The notes under the pieces were generated by a model, which did no database searches, had not been told where the DNA came from, and saw only the letters and a program-made list of their open reading frames with translations. Shown here piece by piece: positions 29,700-38,442 of a stretch of DNA of 64,000 nt (its first letter is position 1; each line of letters opens with the position of its first letter). Both the position numbers and the translations under genes were made by a program. Source of the DNA: a bacterium (GTDB lineage: Bacteria; Patescibacteriota; Microgenomatia; Levybacterales; UBA12049); contig JAJXYH010000034.1 in the NCBI GenBank assembly GCA_021780675.1, forward strand, positions 19,889 to 83,888, given 5' to 3'.

Positions 29700-30148
29700 A
29701 AATGGATAATAACAGTATCTCCTTTTTTAAAATTATATTTTTGCGAAAGCCCCGCATTAATCTCTAAAACGTAATTTGCCGGAGTCTCTGGCGTTACCGT
29801 AACGGGAGTTTCCGTACTAGTTTTGGGATAAGGAAGGTCGGGAAAAATTTCAACAATTTTTCCGTTTTCTATATAAATTATATCAATCAGAAATTTCATA
29901 CCCTTCATCCAGAAAGAATACGTGCCCGCTGTCTGAAAAGGGAAAACCATTCCTTTAAATGTAGGTAATTTATTGTAAATATCCAAACCTAATTGTTTTT
30001 GTTCATTAGTTTTTGCAACATCAACAATAAATTTATGATTATTAATGATTACATAAGAATTGTTGATAAATTTTTGATTTACAATTATGAAAAAAAATGC
30101 AATTATGCAAAAAATTAAAATCAGCAATAATATATTAATTTTTTTCAT
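29696..30148 (-). CDS. DUF192 (COG1430) family protein
   Basis: N-terminal TM helix plus the conserved DUF192 core (GLDIYNKLPTFKGMVFPF...SFWMKGMKFLIDIIYI). Confidence 0.6.
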   Translation of the reverse strand: MKKINILLLILIFCIIAFFFIIVNQKFINNSYVIINNHKFIVDVAKTNEQKQLGLDIYNKLPTFKGMVFPFQTAGTYSFWMKGMKFLIDIIYIENGKIVEIFPDLPYPKTSTETPVTVTPETPANYVLEINAGLSQKYNFKKGDTVIIHL

Positions 30149-30630
30149 TTAAAGTTTTCTGAAATAATTTTTGCAAGTCTGGTTGTAGACTTATTTTCAA
30201 TATTATCTACAAAAACAATTTTTGCATTAACTAACATTGCCTGTCTTTTATTATGAATAGCCTGGGGGTTACCTTTTGTAGTAGTAATGATACTTGGATT
30301 TAGTTTTAGGATTAATTCGTCCCAATCTTTATTGGTATTCATGTCGGGTAAAATAATTATGTAATCGATATACGAAATTGCTTCTAAAACCTTAGCTCTT
30401 TCAAGCTGTGAATTAATCGGCCTATTATTTCCTTTAAGTTTCTTAACGCTAGCATCATTTTCAAGCAAGACAAAAAGATAATTACCTTGTTTTTTAGATT
30501 CTTCTAAAAGCTTAATATGTCCGATGTGAAGTATGTCAAAACAGCCACCGGTTAAAACGATAGTTTTATTTTTTGCTTTTATGTTTTTAGAGATTGTTTG
30601 AGCTTCTTGTGTAGTGATTATCTTATTCAT
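30145..30630 (-). CDS. standalone HldE domain II-like nucleotidyltransferase (heptose-1-phosphate adenylyltransferase-like)
   Basis: TGGCFDILHIGHIKLLEES...NDASVKKLKGNNRPIN...ISYIDYIII closely follows the RfaE/HldE domain II signature (NGCFDxLHxGH ... NSDxSVxxLKGxxRPxN). No kinase domain is attached. Confidence 0.65.
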   Translation of the reverse strand: MNKIITTQEAQTISKNIKAKNKTIVLTGGCFDILHIGHIKLLEESKKQGNYLFVLLENDASVKKLKGNNRPINSQLERAKVLEAISYIDYIIILPDMNTNKDWDELILKLNPSIITTTKGNPQAIHNKRQAMLVNAKIVFVDNIENKSTTRLAKIISENFK

Positions 30631-32072
30631 TATTGGGTTCCTACCAGGTATATAGCCTGCCATGGTTTGTAGTTTGAGACAAATTTATCAGAGATTATTA
30701 TTTTACCATTTTTCTCAACAGTTCTTGTGAAGTATACATCTGCTCCCCATGCCGCAAAATCGGTTTGTTTTACTTCTCCTTTAGGAAGTGTCGGGTCATC
30801 CTGATAAAGCGGTGGGGGTGGTGGTCTTTGGTTTGAAACTACTGGAGTGGTCATAGTTACGATTCTTCCATCCTTAGTTCCATAAAAATAAAATGCCAGT
30901 GATAAATTATTTAAGTCAACTGCGCTTTGTACGAGAATATAACGCCCGGTATCATTTTTAAATTTTAAGTCAACGGTCGGTACGTAGATTGTTGCATCAA
31001 TTCCGGGTGGAGAGTCCTCTTCGTAATAACCAACCCTATAAGCATGAGCATACCTTTCAACGACCGGTAAGCCTGAGTTAAGGATTGCCCTAAAAAAAGT
31101 AGTTGAAACCTGACAAACCCCGCCACCATCTCCCAAAATTGTTTTACCATTTTGGATTATGTATGCCTGTTGATAACCTGTAAATGAGGATACATCGCCC
31201 AATGCTTTATCAAAAGAAAAAACTTCTCCTGGTGCAACGAGTACCCCGTTTAATCTTGAAGCGGCAAGAACAATGTTATGAATTCTACTCGCAATGGAAT
31301 GATAAAAAAGCGAGTGACCTTCTCCTATTAACTCTTTAATTCCCAGACTGTTTGCCTTTTCGGTAGTAATATTAGGGTAAAGTATTGTAACTGGAATTTT
31401 TATATAAATTTTTTGTGGTTTTTGAGTTGAAAAAAGTTTTGGAGCTAATAAATAAATTTCATTAGTTAATTTATCAAAATTTAGCTGCTCGCCGTTATTT
31501 GATGGAGTAAAAGTAGTAACTCTGTTATTTTCAAATTTAAATACAGCGTTTACAGCCTTTTTGTTAATTTGATTAGAAAGTGGTTTTAAATCTTTCGTTA
31601 ATTTGTTTTTATCAACGGTATATGAAGGAGACAATTTAACGCCGGTAAAATAACTTTGTAAAAGCGTACTAAGATCGGTTAAGAAATTTCCCGATCTTCC
31701 AATAAGGTAAGCTTGGTCGGAAAGCAAATTAATGTCGTATCCAAAATTTATTTCTTTTGCAGAAACTGTTGCCACGCCATAATCGCTGGTTAGAGTGAAT
31801 GTAGTGTTTGAGACTCTTAAATTTTGTTGATAAAAATATTGTCTTACCTCATCTTTTGTTTTTCCACCAAAATCCGCATTTCCTACAGATACTCCCAAAA
31901 ATACTTTATTACTGAAATATTTTTCATATGCAAAAAAACCAAAACAGGAAACAAAAACAAAAGTCAGTATGGCTCCTGTTAAAAACCAAAATATAGTTCT
32001 GGAAGCTTTTATTATTTGTTTCTTTTTCTTTTGGCTTATCTTAAATTTTAACCGAAGTTTAGAAAAGTTCAT
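30630..32072 (-). CDS. VanW-domain protein
   Basis: N-terminal TM helix and a C-terminal VanW domain with LGDGGGVCQVSTTFF. Confidence 0.7.
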   Translation of the reverse strand: MNFSKLRLKFKISQKKKKQIIKASRTIFWFLTGAILTFVFVSCFGFFAYEKYFSNKVFLGVSVGNADFGGKTKDEVRQYFYQQNLRVSNTTFTLTSDYGVATVSAKEINFGYDINLLSDQAYLIGRSGNFLTDLSTLLQSYFTGVKLSPSYTVDKNKLTKDLKPLSNQINKKAVNAVFKFENNRVTTFTPSNNGEQLNFDKLTNEIYLLAPKLFSTQKPQKIYIKIPVTILYPNITTEKANSLGIKELIGEGHSLFYHSIASRIHNIVLAASRLNGVLVAPGEVFSFDKALGDVSSFTGYQQAYIIQNGKTILGDGGGVCQVSTTFFRAILNSGLPVVERYAHAYRVGYYEEDSPPGIDATIYVPTVDLKFKNDTGRYILVQSAVDLNNLSLAFYFYGTKDGRIVTMTTPVVSNQRPPPPPLYQDDPTLPKGEVKQTDFAAWGADVYFTRTVEKNGKIIISDKFVSNYKPWQAIYLVGTQ

Positions 32073-32113
32073 TGAATATGTTTTATATTTGGTATTATAC
32101 TATAAATTGACTT

Positions 32114-33598
32114 ATGGAAAATGCAAATACGATATTTCAAAGTACAAATCTAAATAATCCCAACATTCAAGGTAACACTGGATTAAATTCTCAATCTGCA
32201 AATTTTCCTTCAGCACTACCCAATACACCACAACCCTTACAACCTAACGCTCCCAAAGGAAATCTCGTGCAAATTAATCAGCAAGAAACCCAAGAAAAAA
32301 AACCTAAAGGGGGCCGCTTTGGCGGAGTAAAAAAACTATTAAATCTTTTACTTTCTATTTTTATTGTTTTGGGGATTGTTATGATTGTTATGATCTTCTT
32401 AATTCCCAGCCTAAATAAGACCTCTCCTTCTACCCAGACGACAATTACTTATTGGGGTCTTTTTGAAGATAATAATGTAATGCAAGGGATTATTTCTGAA
32501 TTTGAAAAACAAAATCCCAATATAAAAGTTGACTATATTAAGCAAGATATAAGTCAATATAGGGAAAGGCTGCAAACAAGAATCAATAACGGAACAGGAC
32601 CGGATATTTTTAGGTTCCATAACACGTGGTATCCAATGCTTAAAAACGACTTACTTCCGCTACCGGAGCAAACAATTTCTAAAGACATGTTTACCAGTGT
32701 TTTTTATCCGGTTGCTCAAAGAGATTTAATTAAAAATGGTGCAATTTACGGAATACCTCTTCAGATAGATACCTTGGCACTTTTTATAAACACAGGAATT
32801 TTTCAATCCGCCGGACGAACTGCCCCTATCAGTTGGGAAGATTTTCTAAATGATGCAAGGGCGTTAACAGTAAAGGATTCTAATGGAAATATTACAACTG
32901 CAGGTGCAGCAATGGGAACATATGGAAATGTTACCCATGCTCCCGATATCATTTCTTTGCTTTTCTATGAAAATAGCGTAGATTTTAATAATCTTTCAAA
33001 TTCTTCAAGTGAAATTAATGATGCGTTAACATTTTACGAATCATTTGCAAATGGAGCAAATGCGGTTTGGAATAACAATCTAGATCCTTCGCAACTCGCA
33101 TTTGCTAAAGGGAATTTAGCAATGTTTTTTGGTTACTCAACAGACTATTTTGCTATAAAACAGTTTAATCCCAATCTTGCTTTTCAGATTGTTCCTGTTC
33201 CACAACTTTCCGGTAAGAACATAACACTGGCAAGTTACTGGGTTGAGGGGGTTTCTGCAAAAAGCAAACATCAAGCGGAAAGTTTATTATTTATGAAATT
33301 TTTAGCAAAAAAAGAAACAGAACAAAAATTATATGCTGATGAATCAAAAGTTAGGGATTTTGGTGAGCCATATGCAAGAGTTGATATTGCCGATCGCTTG
33401 AAGAATAATCCTATGGTTTATCCTTTTGTTATGCAAGCTCCAAATGCATATTCATCGCCTTTTGTAGACGGAACTTTTGATAATGGTTTAAACCAGCAAT
33501 TGGACACTTATTTACAAAAAACAATTGATGCAGGCAACAATCCTGTAGATGCGTTAATAAATGCAGCGAACCAAACCTATCAGCAGTACGGTTTATAA
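32114..33598 (+). CDS. extracellular solute-binding protein (ABC SBP family 1), orphan
   Basis: N/Q/P-rich N-terminus, TM anchor, then an SBP_bac_1-like domain (ITYWGLFEDNN...GPDIFRFHNTW). No permease or ATPase is adjacent. Confidence 0.6.
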   Translation: MENANTIFQSTNLNNPNIQGNTGLNSQSANFPSALPNTPQPLQPNAPKGNLVQINQQETQEKKPKGGRFGGVKKLLNLLLSIFIVLGIVMIVMIFLIPSLNKTSPSTQTTITYWGLFEDNNVMQGIISEFEKQNPNIKVDYIKQDISQYRERLQTRINNGTGPDIFRFHNTWYPMLKNDLLPLPEQTISKDMFTSVFYPVAQRDLIKNGAIYGIPLQIDTLALFINTGIFQSAGRTAPISWEDFLNDARALTVKDSNGNITTAGAAMGTYGNVTHAPDIISLLFYENSVDFNNLSNSSSEINDALTFYESFANGANAVWNNNLDPSQLAFAKGNLAMFFGYSTDYFAIKQFNPNLAFQIVPVPQLSGKNITLASYWVEGVSAKSKHQAESLLFMKFLAKKETEQKLYADESKVRDFGEPYARVDIADRLKNNPMVYPFVMQAPNAYSSPFVDGTFDNGLNQQLDTYLQKTIDAGNNPVDALINAANQTYQQYGL

Positions 33599-33645
33599 AG
33601 CTAATTTATAATAATTTTTATCCTAAAATAATTAACTAGAGGTTA

Positions 33646-33736
33646 TTGACAAACATATATGTTTACTATATCATTCTTAAGGTTAAGAACTTATTTTTAT
33701 TATTCCCTCTAGTTTTACTGTGAGGGATTTTGTTTT
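33646..33736 (+). promoter_or_regulatory. greA promoter plus leader stem-loop with U-tract
   Basis: TTGACA (33646-33651) and a TATCAT-like -10. The 12-bp palindrome AACATATATGTT sits in the spacer. Hairpin TCCCTC-N11-GAGGGA (33704-33727) is followed by TTTTGTTTT and ends 16 nt before the greA ATG. Confidence 0.4.
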
Positions 33737-33751
33737 AAAAGGACGTAAATT

Positions 33752-34225
33752 ATGGATGCCAAAAAAATATATTTAACAAAAGAAGGTTTAGTAGAGTTAA
33801 AAAAAGAATTCGAAGAACTTACTAAAGTAAAAAGACCCGATGTTTTAGAAAGAGTTTCTCAAGCAAGAAGCATGGGAGACTTGTCTGAAAATGCGGAATA
33901 TGTTGCTGCAAGAGAAGAGCTATCATTTATTGACGGTAGAATAGAAGAACTTGAGGAACTTATTAAACAGGCGGTATTAATACAAGAATCCCATAGTAAA
34001 AGCGGATCGGGTGTTGTTAAGCTTGGATCAACTGTTACAGTAAGCATTAAAGGCAAAAAGGAAATATTTACAGTCGTTGGCGAATGGGAGGCAGACCCCC
34101 ATGATAAGAAAATTTCCCATGAATCCCCGCTTGGTAAAGCTTTAATTGGTAAAAAAGTGGGAGAAAAAGTAGAAGTTGAAGCACCGGCAGGAATAGTAGT
34201 TTATACTATTGCATCTGTAAATTAA
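33752..34225 (+). CDS. greA: transcription elongation factor GreA
   Basis: Coiled-coil N-terminus (LTKEGLVELKKEFEEL...DLSENAEY) and a C-terminal FKBP-like domain; 157 aa. Confidence 0.9.
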   Translation: MDAKKIYLTKEGLVELKKEFEELTKVKRPDVLERVSQARSMGDLSENAEYVAAREELSFIDGRIEELEELIKQAVLIQESHSKSGSGVVKLGSTVTVSIKGKKEIFTVVGEWEADPHDKKISHESPLGKALIGKKVGEKVEVEAPAGIVVYTIASVN

Positions 34226-34244
34226 GTTAAAATCACCTCATATT

Positions 34245-35231
34245 ATGGCAGAATTTAATTATGTTGTCTGCGGCGGAACTTTTGATTTATTTCATAAAGG
34301 CCACGAGGAATTAATAAATAAAGCATTATCAATATCAAAAAAAATATTAATTGGTATTACCAGTGATACTTATATAGAATCGTTTAAAAAAGAACACCAA
34401 ATAGAAGATTTTAGTAAACGAAAAAAATCGGTAAAAGCATATCTTAAAAAAATACATGTAGATAAAAAAGTTATATTGGTTCCAATAAATTCAGCATACG
34501 AACCTTATTTAGAAACTTCAAAAAAATATGATGCAATAGTTGTATCGAATCAAACTAAAAAAACAGCGATCCTTATTAATAAAAAAAGAAAACAAAATAA
34601 TTTAATTCCTTTAACAATTATTATTGTTCCGGATGTTTCTGCAGATGATAAAAAAATAATTTCTTCAACCAGAATAAGACATGGAGAGATAAATAGAAAA
34701 GGGAAACTATTTATAGACAGTAAATGGAAGAATAATAACCTTGTTTTGCCGATTAATTTGCGGAAAAAATTACAAGTTCCGTGGGGAAAGGTATTAGAGA
34801 CAGTTCCCAAAAAGCTTGACGGGAAAAAAGCTGTGGTTGTAGGAGACTATACAGCGTTAGAGTTTAATAAAAATAATTTACGTCAATTTTTATCTGTTAT
34901 AGATTTTTTAATAAACCGTGAGAAAAAATTTAATAATTTATTACAATTAGGTTTTAAAGATAAAAAATTTGTAAGAGTAAGAAGTGATCCCGGAATCATT
35001 TCTAAAAATTTATTTAAAGAGATTGAAAATGCATTCAAAAACCCAACAAAAAGAAAAATTATTGTAGTTGATGGTGAAGAGGATTTGGCAGTTCTTCCTG
35101 TAATTTTATTGGCGCCGCTTGAGTTTAGTATTTTTTATGGTCAACCTAAAAAAGGGATGGTAGAAGTATTGGTAACAGAAGAAGTTAAAGAAAAAGCATA
35201 TAAACTTTTAGATAAGTTTATTATTGCGTAA
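34245..35231 (+). CDS. archaeal/eukaryotic-type phosphopantetheine adenylyltransferase fused to a C-terminal DUF359-like domain (putative GTP-dependent dephospho-CoA kinase)
   Basis: N-terminus VVCGGTFDLFHKGHEEL...IGITSD is the COG1019 PPAT signature. The C-terminal roughly 170 aa carry VVGDYT, VDGEEDLAVLPVILLAP and YGQPKKGMV motifs. Confidence 0.5.
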   Translation: MAEFNYVVCGGTFDLFHKGHEELINKALSISKKILIGITSDTYIESFKKEHQIEDFSKRKKSVKAYLKKIHVDKKVILVPINSAYEPYLETSKKYDAIVVSNQTKKTAILINKKRKQNNLIPLTIIIVPDVSADDKKIISSTRIRHGEINRKGKLFIDSKWKNNNLVLPINLRKKLQVPWGKVLETVPKKLDGKKAVVVGDYTALEFNKNNLRQFLSVIDFLINREKKFNNLLQLGFKDKKFVRVRSDPGIISKNLFKEIENAFKNPTKRKIIVVDGEEDLAVLPVILLAPLEFSIFYGQPKKGMVEVLVTEEVKEKAYKLLDKFIIA

Positions 35232-35297
35232 GATAAATTTTTTGTTATAATAATTTAAGATGAAAATTATAAATTTTATAAGAAATGCAAAGAAGAA

Positions 35298-35317
35298 CCT
35301 CGTAATGAGGGGTTTTG
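35298..35317 (+). terminator. intrinsic terminator-like hairpin
   Basis: CCTC-GTAAT-GAGG followed by GGTTTTG, downstream of the PPAT fusion gene. Confidence 0.35.
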
Positions 35318-35352
35318 TCTTTGTCTAAATAGAAAAAAATTAAAAAGATAAA

Positions 35353-35375
35353 CCCCTCAAACGGAGGGGTTTTTT
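35353..35375 (+). terminator. rho-independent terminator
   Basis: CCCCTC-AAACG-GAGGGG followed by TTTTTT. Confidence 0.65.
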
Positions 35376-35468
35376 GATGCTAAAAAAAGCAGCATTTCTG
35401 ATGATGAATCCAAGATTTTACAAAGCTTATTTAGAAAAAGCTAGTAAATCTGGGAGGAGGTGAAAAAT

Positions 35469-35804
35469 ATGGAAAGAGATGGTTTTGTACCATTAGATGA
35501 AAGTTATTCTGGTATGCCCCAAAATTTAGATTTTGTAAATGGGAATGGGCAAAGAGTTAGTGTGGTGTTTGGAATGGAACATGATCTTCCAGCAACAAGA
35601 TTTTCTATATTAGACCAGGAAGATAGAGTTATAAGTAAAGGTGGTAGTTTTGCAATAAACTTTGGCCACGCTTTAACTACAGGTTTAGGTCTGGAAACAG
35701 GATCAAGGGCAATTAGGTTTTTGCGAGAAAATAAATTGGCAGACTTAGGTCCTTTAGCTACAGCAGTATTTTCCGGAGTTGATAATTCTGGAGGAAGAGT
35801 TTAA
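35469..35804 (+). CDS. hypothetical protein (111 aa)
   Basis: A strong SD (GGAGGAGGTGA) precedes the ATG at 35469. No recognisable domain. Confidence 0.4.
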   Translation: MERDGFVPLDESYSGMPQNLDFVNGNGQRVSVVFGMEHDLPATRFSILDQEDRVISKGGSFAINFGHALTTGLGLETGSRAIRFLRENKLADLGPLATAVFSGVDNSGGRV

Positions 35805-35840
35805 TTTAAACACTTTTATAATTGGATAATTTTATGTAGA

Positions 35841-37367
35841 ATGATGGTTAATATGTATTGGGCAGATAAAATTGCTGAAGAAATAATTAAATCGGGAGAG
35901 TATAAACCCTATTGGGTAGATGATATGTTTACTCCTTCGGGCTATCCTCATGTTGGATCTCTTAGAGGGCCACTAGTGCATGATGTGGTATATAAGGCTT
36001 TAAAAAATAAAGGAGCGAAAGTTAAATGGACTTATATAATGAATGATTTTGACCCGATTGATGGGTTGCCCCCTGATTTAATGGATAAGCTTTTTTCTTA
36101 CATGGGTGTTCCGGTTAGACTTGCTCCTTCTCCCGTTGAAGGATTTGCCAGTTTTGGAGAGTATTTTTCTAAAGATATCCAAAGTGTATTAAAAAATTTA
36201 GGGGTAGAGGCACAGTATCTTTCTTCGTGGGATATGTACAAGGAAGGAAAATTCAATGATGTTATTAAAGAAGCACTAGATAATGCTGACAAAATTCAGG
36301 ATATTTATGAAGAGGTTTCAGGTAGTAAAAAAAGAGAAAAAGGTTGGCTTCCGCTTCAGGTTATATGTGAAAAATGCGGAAAATTAGGAACTACAAGAGT
36401 TCATGACTGGAATGGTAAAACTGTAAAATATACTTGCGAACCGGAAATGGTTAAATGGGCAAAAGGATGCGGGTATAAAGGTGAAATCAGCCCATTTGAT
36501 GGGAATGGAAAGTTACCTTGGAAAGTTGACTGGCCTGCACACTGGAAAGTAATCGGGGTAACAATAGAAGGGGCAGGTAAAGACCATTCCTCGGCAGGTG
36601 GATCAAGAGATATTGCTAAGGCACTTTGTAAAGAAGTGTTTAGATATCCAAATCCGTTTAATATTCCCTACGAGTTTATTTTAATAGGTGGTAAAAAAAT
36701 GGCATCTTCAAAAGGATTAGGTTTAAAAGCCCGTGACCTTTCCCAAATTTTACCATTAGATATCGGCAGGTTTTTATTCATTAGAACCGAGTTTAGAAAA
36801 CAAGTTGAGTTTGATCCTACTGATCCAATGGCAATTCCGGTTATTTTTGATGAATATCAAAAGGCTGCGGATGCTTATTTTGATAAAACCAATGAAGAAC
36901 TTGCTAGAGTTTTTGAACTTTCTCAAGTTAGCGATAAAATTATAAAGCCGCCTTCTGTTAGATTTTCTGTGCTTACGCAGTGGGTACAAATGCCGAATAT
37001 GGAAGAAGAAATTATAAAAAATGGTTTAGAAAGTTGGGCAAAATACGCAAGAGTATGGCTTGAGAAATTTGCACCTGAAAAAGACAAATTTGAAGTTCAA
37101 AAAGAACTTCCAAAAGAAGCAAAAGATCTTTCCAAACTGCAAAAAGAACTTCTTAATAACATCTCACAAGAACTTAATAAGAAATGGGATGCGGAAGAGT
37201 TCCAAACCAAAATTTACGATTTGGGAAAAGAATTAGGTTTAGGTGGAAAAGATACTTTCGCTGCGATTTACCTATCATTACTTGGCAAAGACCATGGTCC
37301 AAAAGCAGCCTGGCTTATCTTATCGCTCGACAGGGATTTTGTTAAAGAAAGATTTAGCGTCCTTTAG
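35841..37367 (+). CDS. lysK: lysyl-tRNA synthetase, class I (archaeal type)
   Basis: Class I signature PSGYPHVGS in place of HIGH, with KMASSKG as the KMSKS motif. The length of about 508 aa is typical of LysRS-I. Confidence 0.8.
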   Translation: MMVNMYWADKIAEEIIKSGEYKPYWVDDMFTPSGYPHVGSLRGPLVHDVVYKALKNKGAKVKWTYIMNDFDPIDGLPPDLMDKLFSYMGVPVRLAPSPVEGFASFGEYFSKDIQSVLKNLGVEAQYLSSWDMYKEGKFNDVIKEALDNADKIQDIYEEVSGSKKREKGWLPLQVICEKCGKLGTTRVHDWNGKTVKYTCEPEMVKWAKGCGYKGEISPFDGNGKLPWKVDWPAHWKVIGVTIEGAGKDHSSAGGSRDIAKALCKEVFRYPNPFNIPYEFILIGGKKMASSKGLGLKARDLSQILPLDIGRFLFIRTEFRKQVEFDPTDPMAIPVIFDEYQKAADAYFDKTNEELARVFELSQVSDKIIKPPSVRFSVLTQWVQMPNMEEEIIKNGLESWAKYARVWLEKFAPEKDKFEVQKELPKEAKDLSKLQKELLNNISQELNKKWDAEEFQTKIYDLGKELGLGGKDTFAAIYLSLLGKDHGPKAAWLILSLDRDFVKERFSVL

Positions 37368-37806
37368 GCTTTACTCTTCCTCTTGATTGCGGTTTTCCCC
37401 TTAACTGACCTCTTCGCAGAGAGGTTCTTGCACTTTCCGATCTTCTTGCGACTGTATAGCCTCCGCTCCCAAATGTAGCTTGTTGAGTATTCGGTGTGCC
37501 ATTCATACCATTGTCCACAGGGTCGCCGGTAAAAATAGCTTCAGGTTCATTAGGGATATCTTGACCAAAGTGAGTATCCCCTTCGTGAATATGTTCAATT
37601 TCTGTAACGAATACATGATCAGGTGTCGTATCAATTTCCTCTACGAGAGCTACTACATGCATACCGCTAGCTTCTAATTTATTAAGTTCTGCAATAGCTC
37701 TTATGCGTATTGTAGAATCTGGAGTTCCGGCCAAAGTTTCTAGGTCTACATCTCCAGGTAAATGCTCTTTGTCTACAGGATCAATAGTTTCTCTTTCTGT
37801 GCTCAT
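37354..37806 (-). CDS. hypothetical acidic protein with Arg-rich tail; locally GC-enriched; converges on and overlaps the lysK 3' end by 14 nt
   Basis: 150-aa ORF on the minus strand. The local GC is visibly above the window background. Weak SD. Confidence 0.3.
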   Translation of the reverse strand: MSTERETIDPVDKEHLPGDVDLETLAGTPDSTIRIRAIAELNKLEASGMHVVALVEEIDTTPDHVFVTEIEHIHEGDTHFGQDIPNEPEAIFTGDPVDNGMNGTPNTQQATFGSGGYTVARRSESARTSLRRGQLRGKPQSRGRVKPKGR

Positions 37807-37850
37807 AAGGCTATTATTTTAGTCCTCTTTATGCTAAAGTTCAAGTACTT

Positions 37851-38435
37851 TTGAAATTTATGAAAAATTTAACTTTTGTTACCGGAAATAAAGCAAAGGC
37901 AAAGGATGTGCAAAAAATATTAGATTTTCCAATAAATATTGTCGATTTGGATCTGGATGAGATTCAGGAATTAGATTTAGAAAAAGTAGCTACACATAAA
38001 GTTTCGGAAGCTTATAAAAAAATAAACAGCCCTGTATTTGTTGATGATGTAGGTTTTTATATTGAGGCGTGGAATAATTTTCCAGGACCGTTAATTAAAT
38101 GGGTGCTTAAATCCGGAAACGGAAGATCTGAGTTATTATTAGAGATGTTAAAAAATGTAAAGCAAAGAAATGCAACCGCAAAATTGGCAGTAGCCTATCA
38201 TGACGGTAAAAAAATACGTTGTTTTTTGGGAGAAGTGAGAGGAACAATAGCAACTGAAGTAAGAGCTGGGAATAATTTTGGGTTTGGGTGGGATTCGATT
38301 TTTATCCCGAAAGGATTTAATAAGACTTATGGAGAAATGACTTTTAAAGAAAAAAATAAAATTTCCCATAGAAGAAAAGCATTTGATAAATTCAAAAAAT
38401 ACTTGGATAGTCAAAGAACAAAAAAAGAGCTATAA
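37851..38435 (+). CDS. rdgB: non-canonical purine NTP pyrophosphatase (Ham1/RdgB family)
   Basis: FVTGNKAKAKDV N-terminus. The FGWDSIF and ISHRRKA motifs are typical of ITPase. Confidence 0.8.
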   Translation: MKFMKNLTFVTGNKAKAKDVQKILDFPINIVDLDLDEIQELDLEKVATHKVSEAYKKINSPVFVDDVGFYIEAWNNFPGPLIKWVLKSGNGRSELLLEMLKNVKQRNATAKLAVAYHDGKKIRCFLGEVRGTIATEVRAGNNFGFGWDSIFIPKGFNKTYGEMTFKEKNKISHRRKAFDKFKKYLDSQRTKKEL

Positions 38436-38442
38436 TTGCTTT

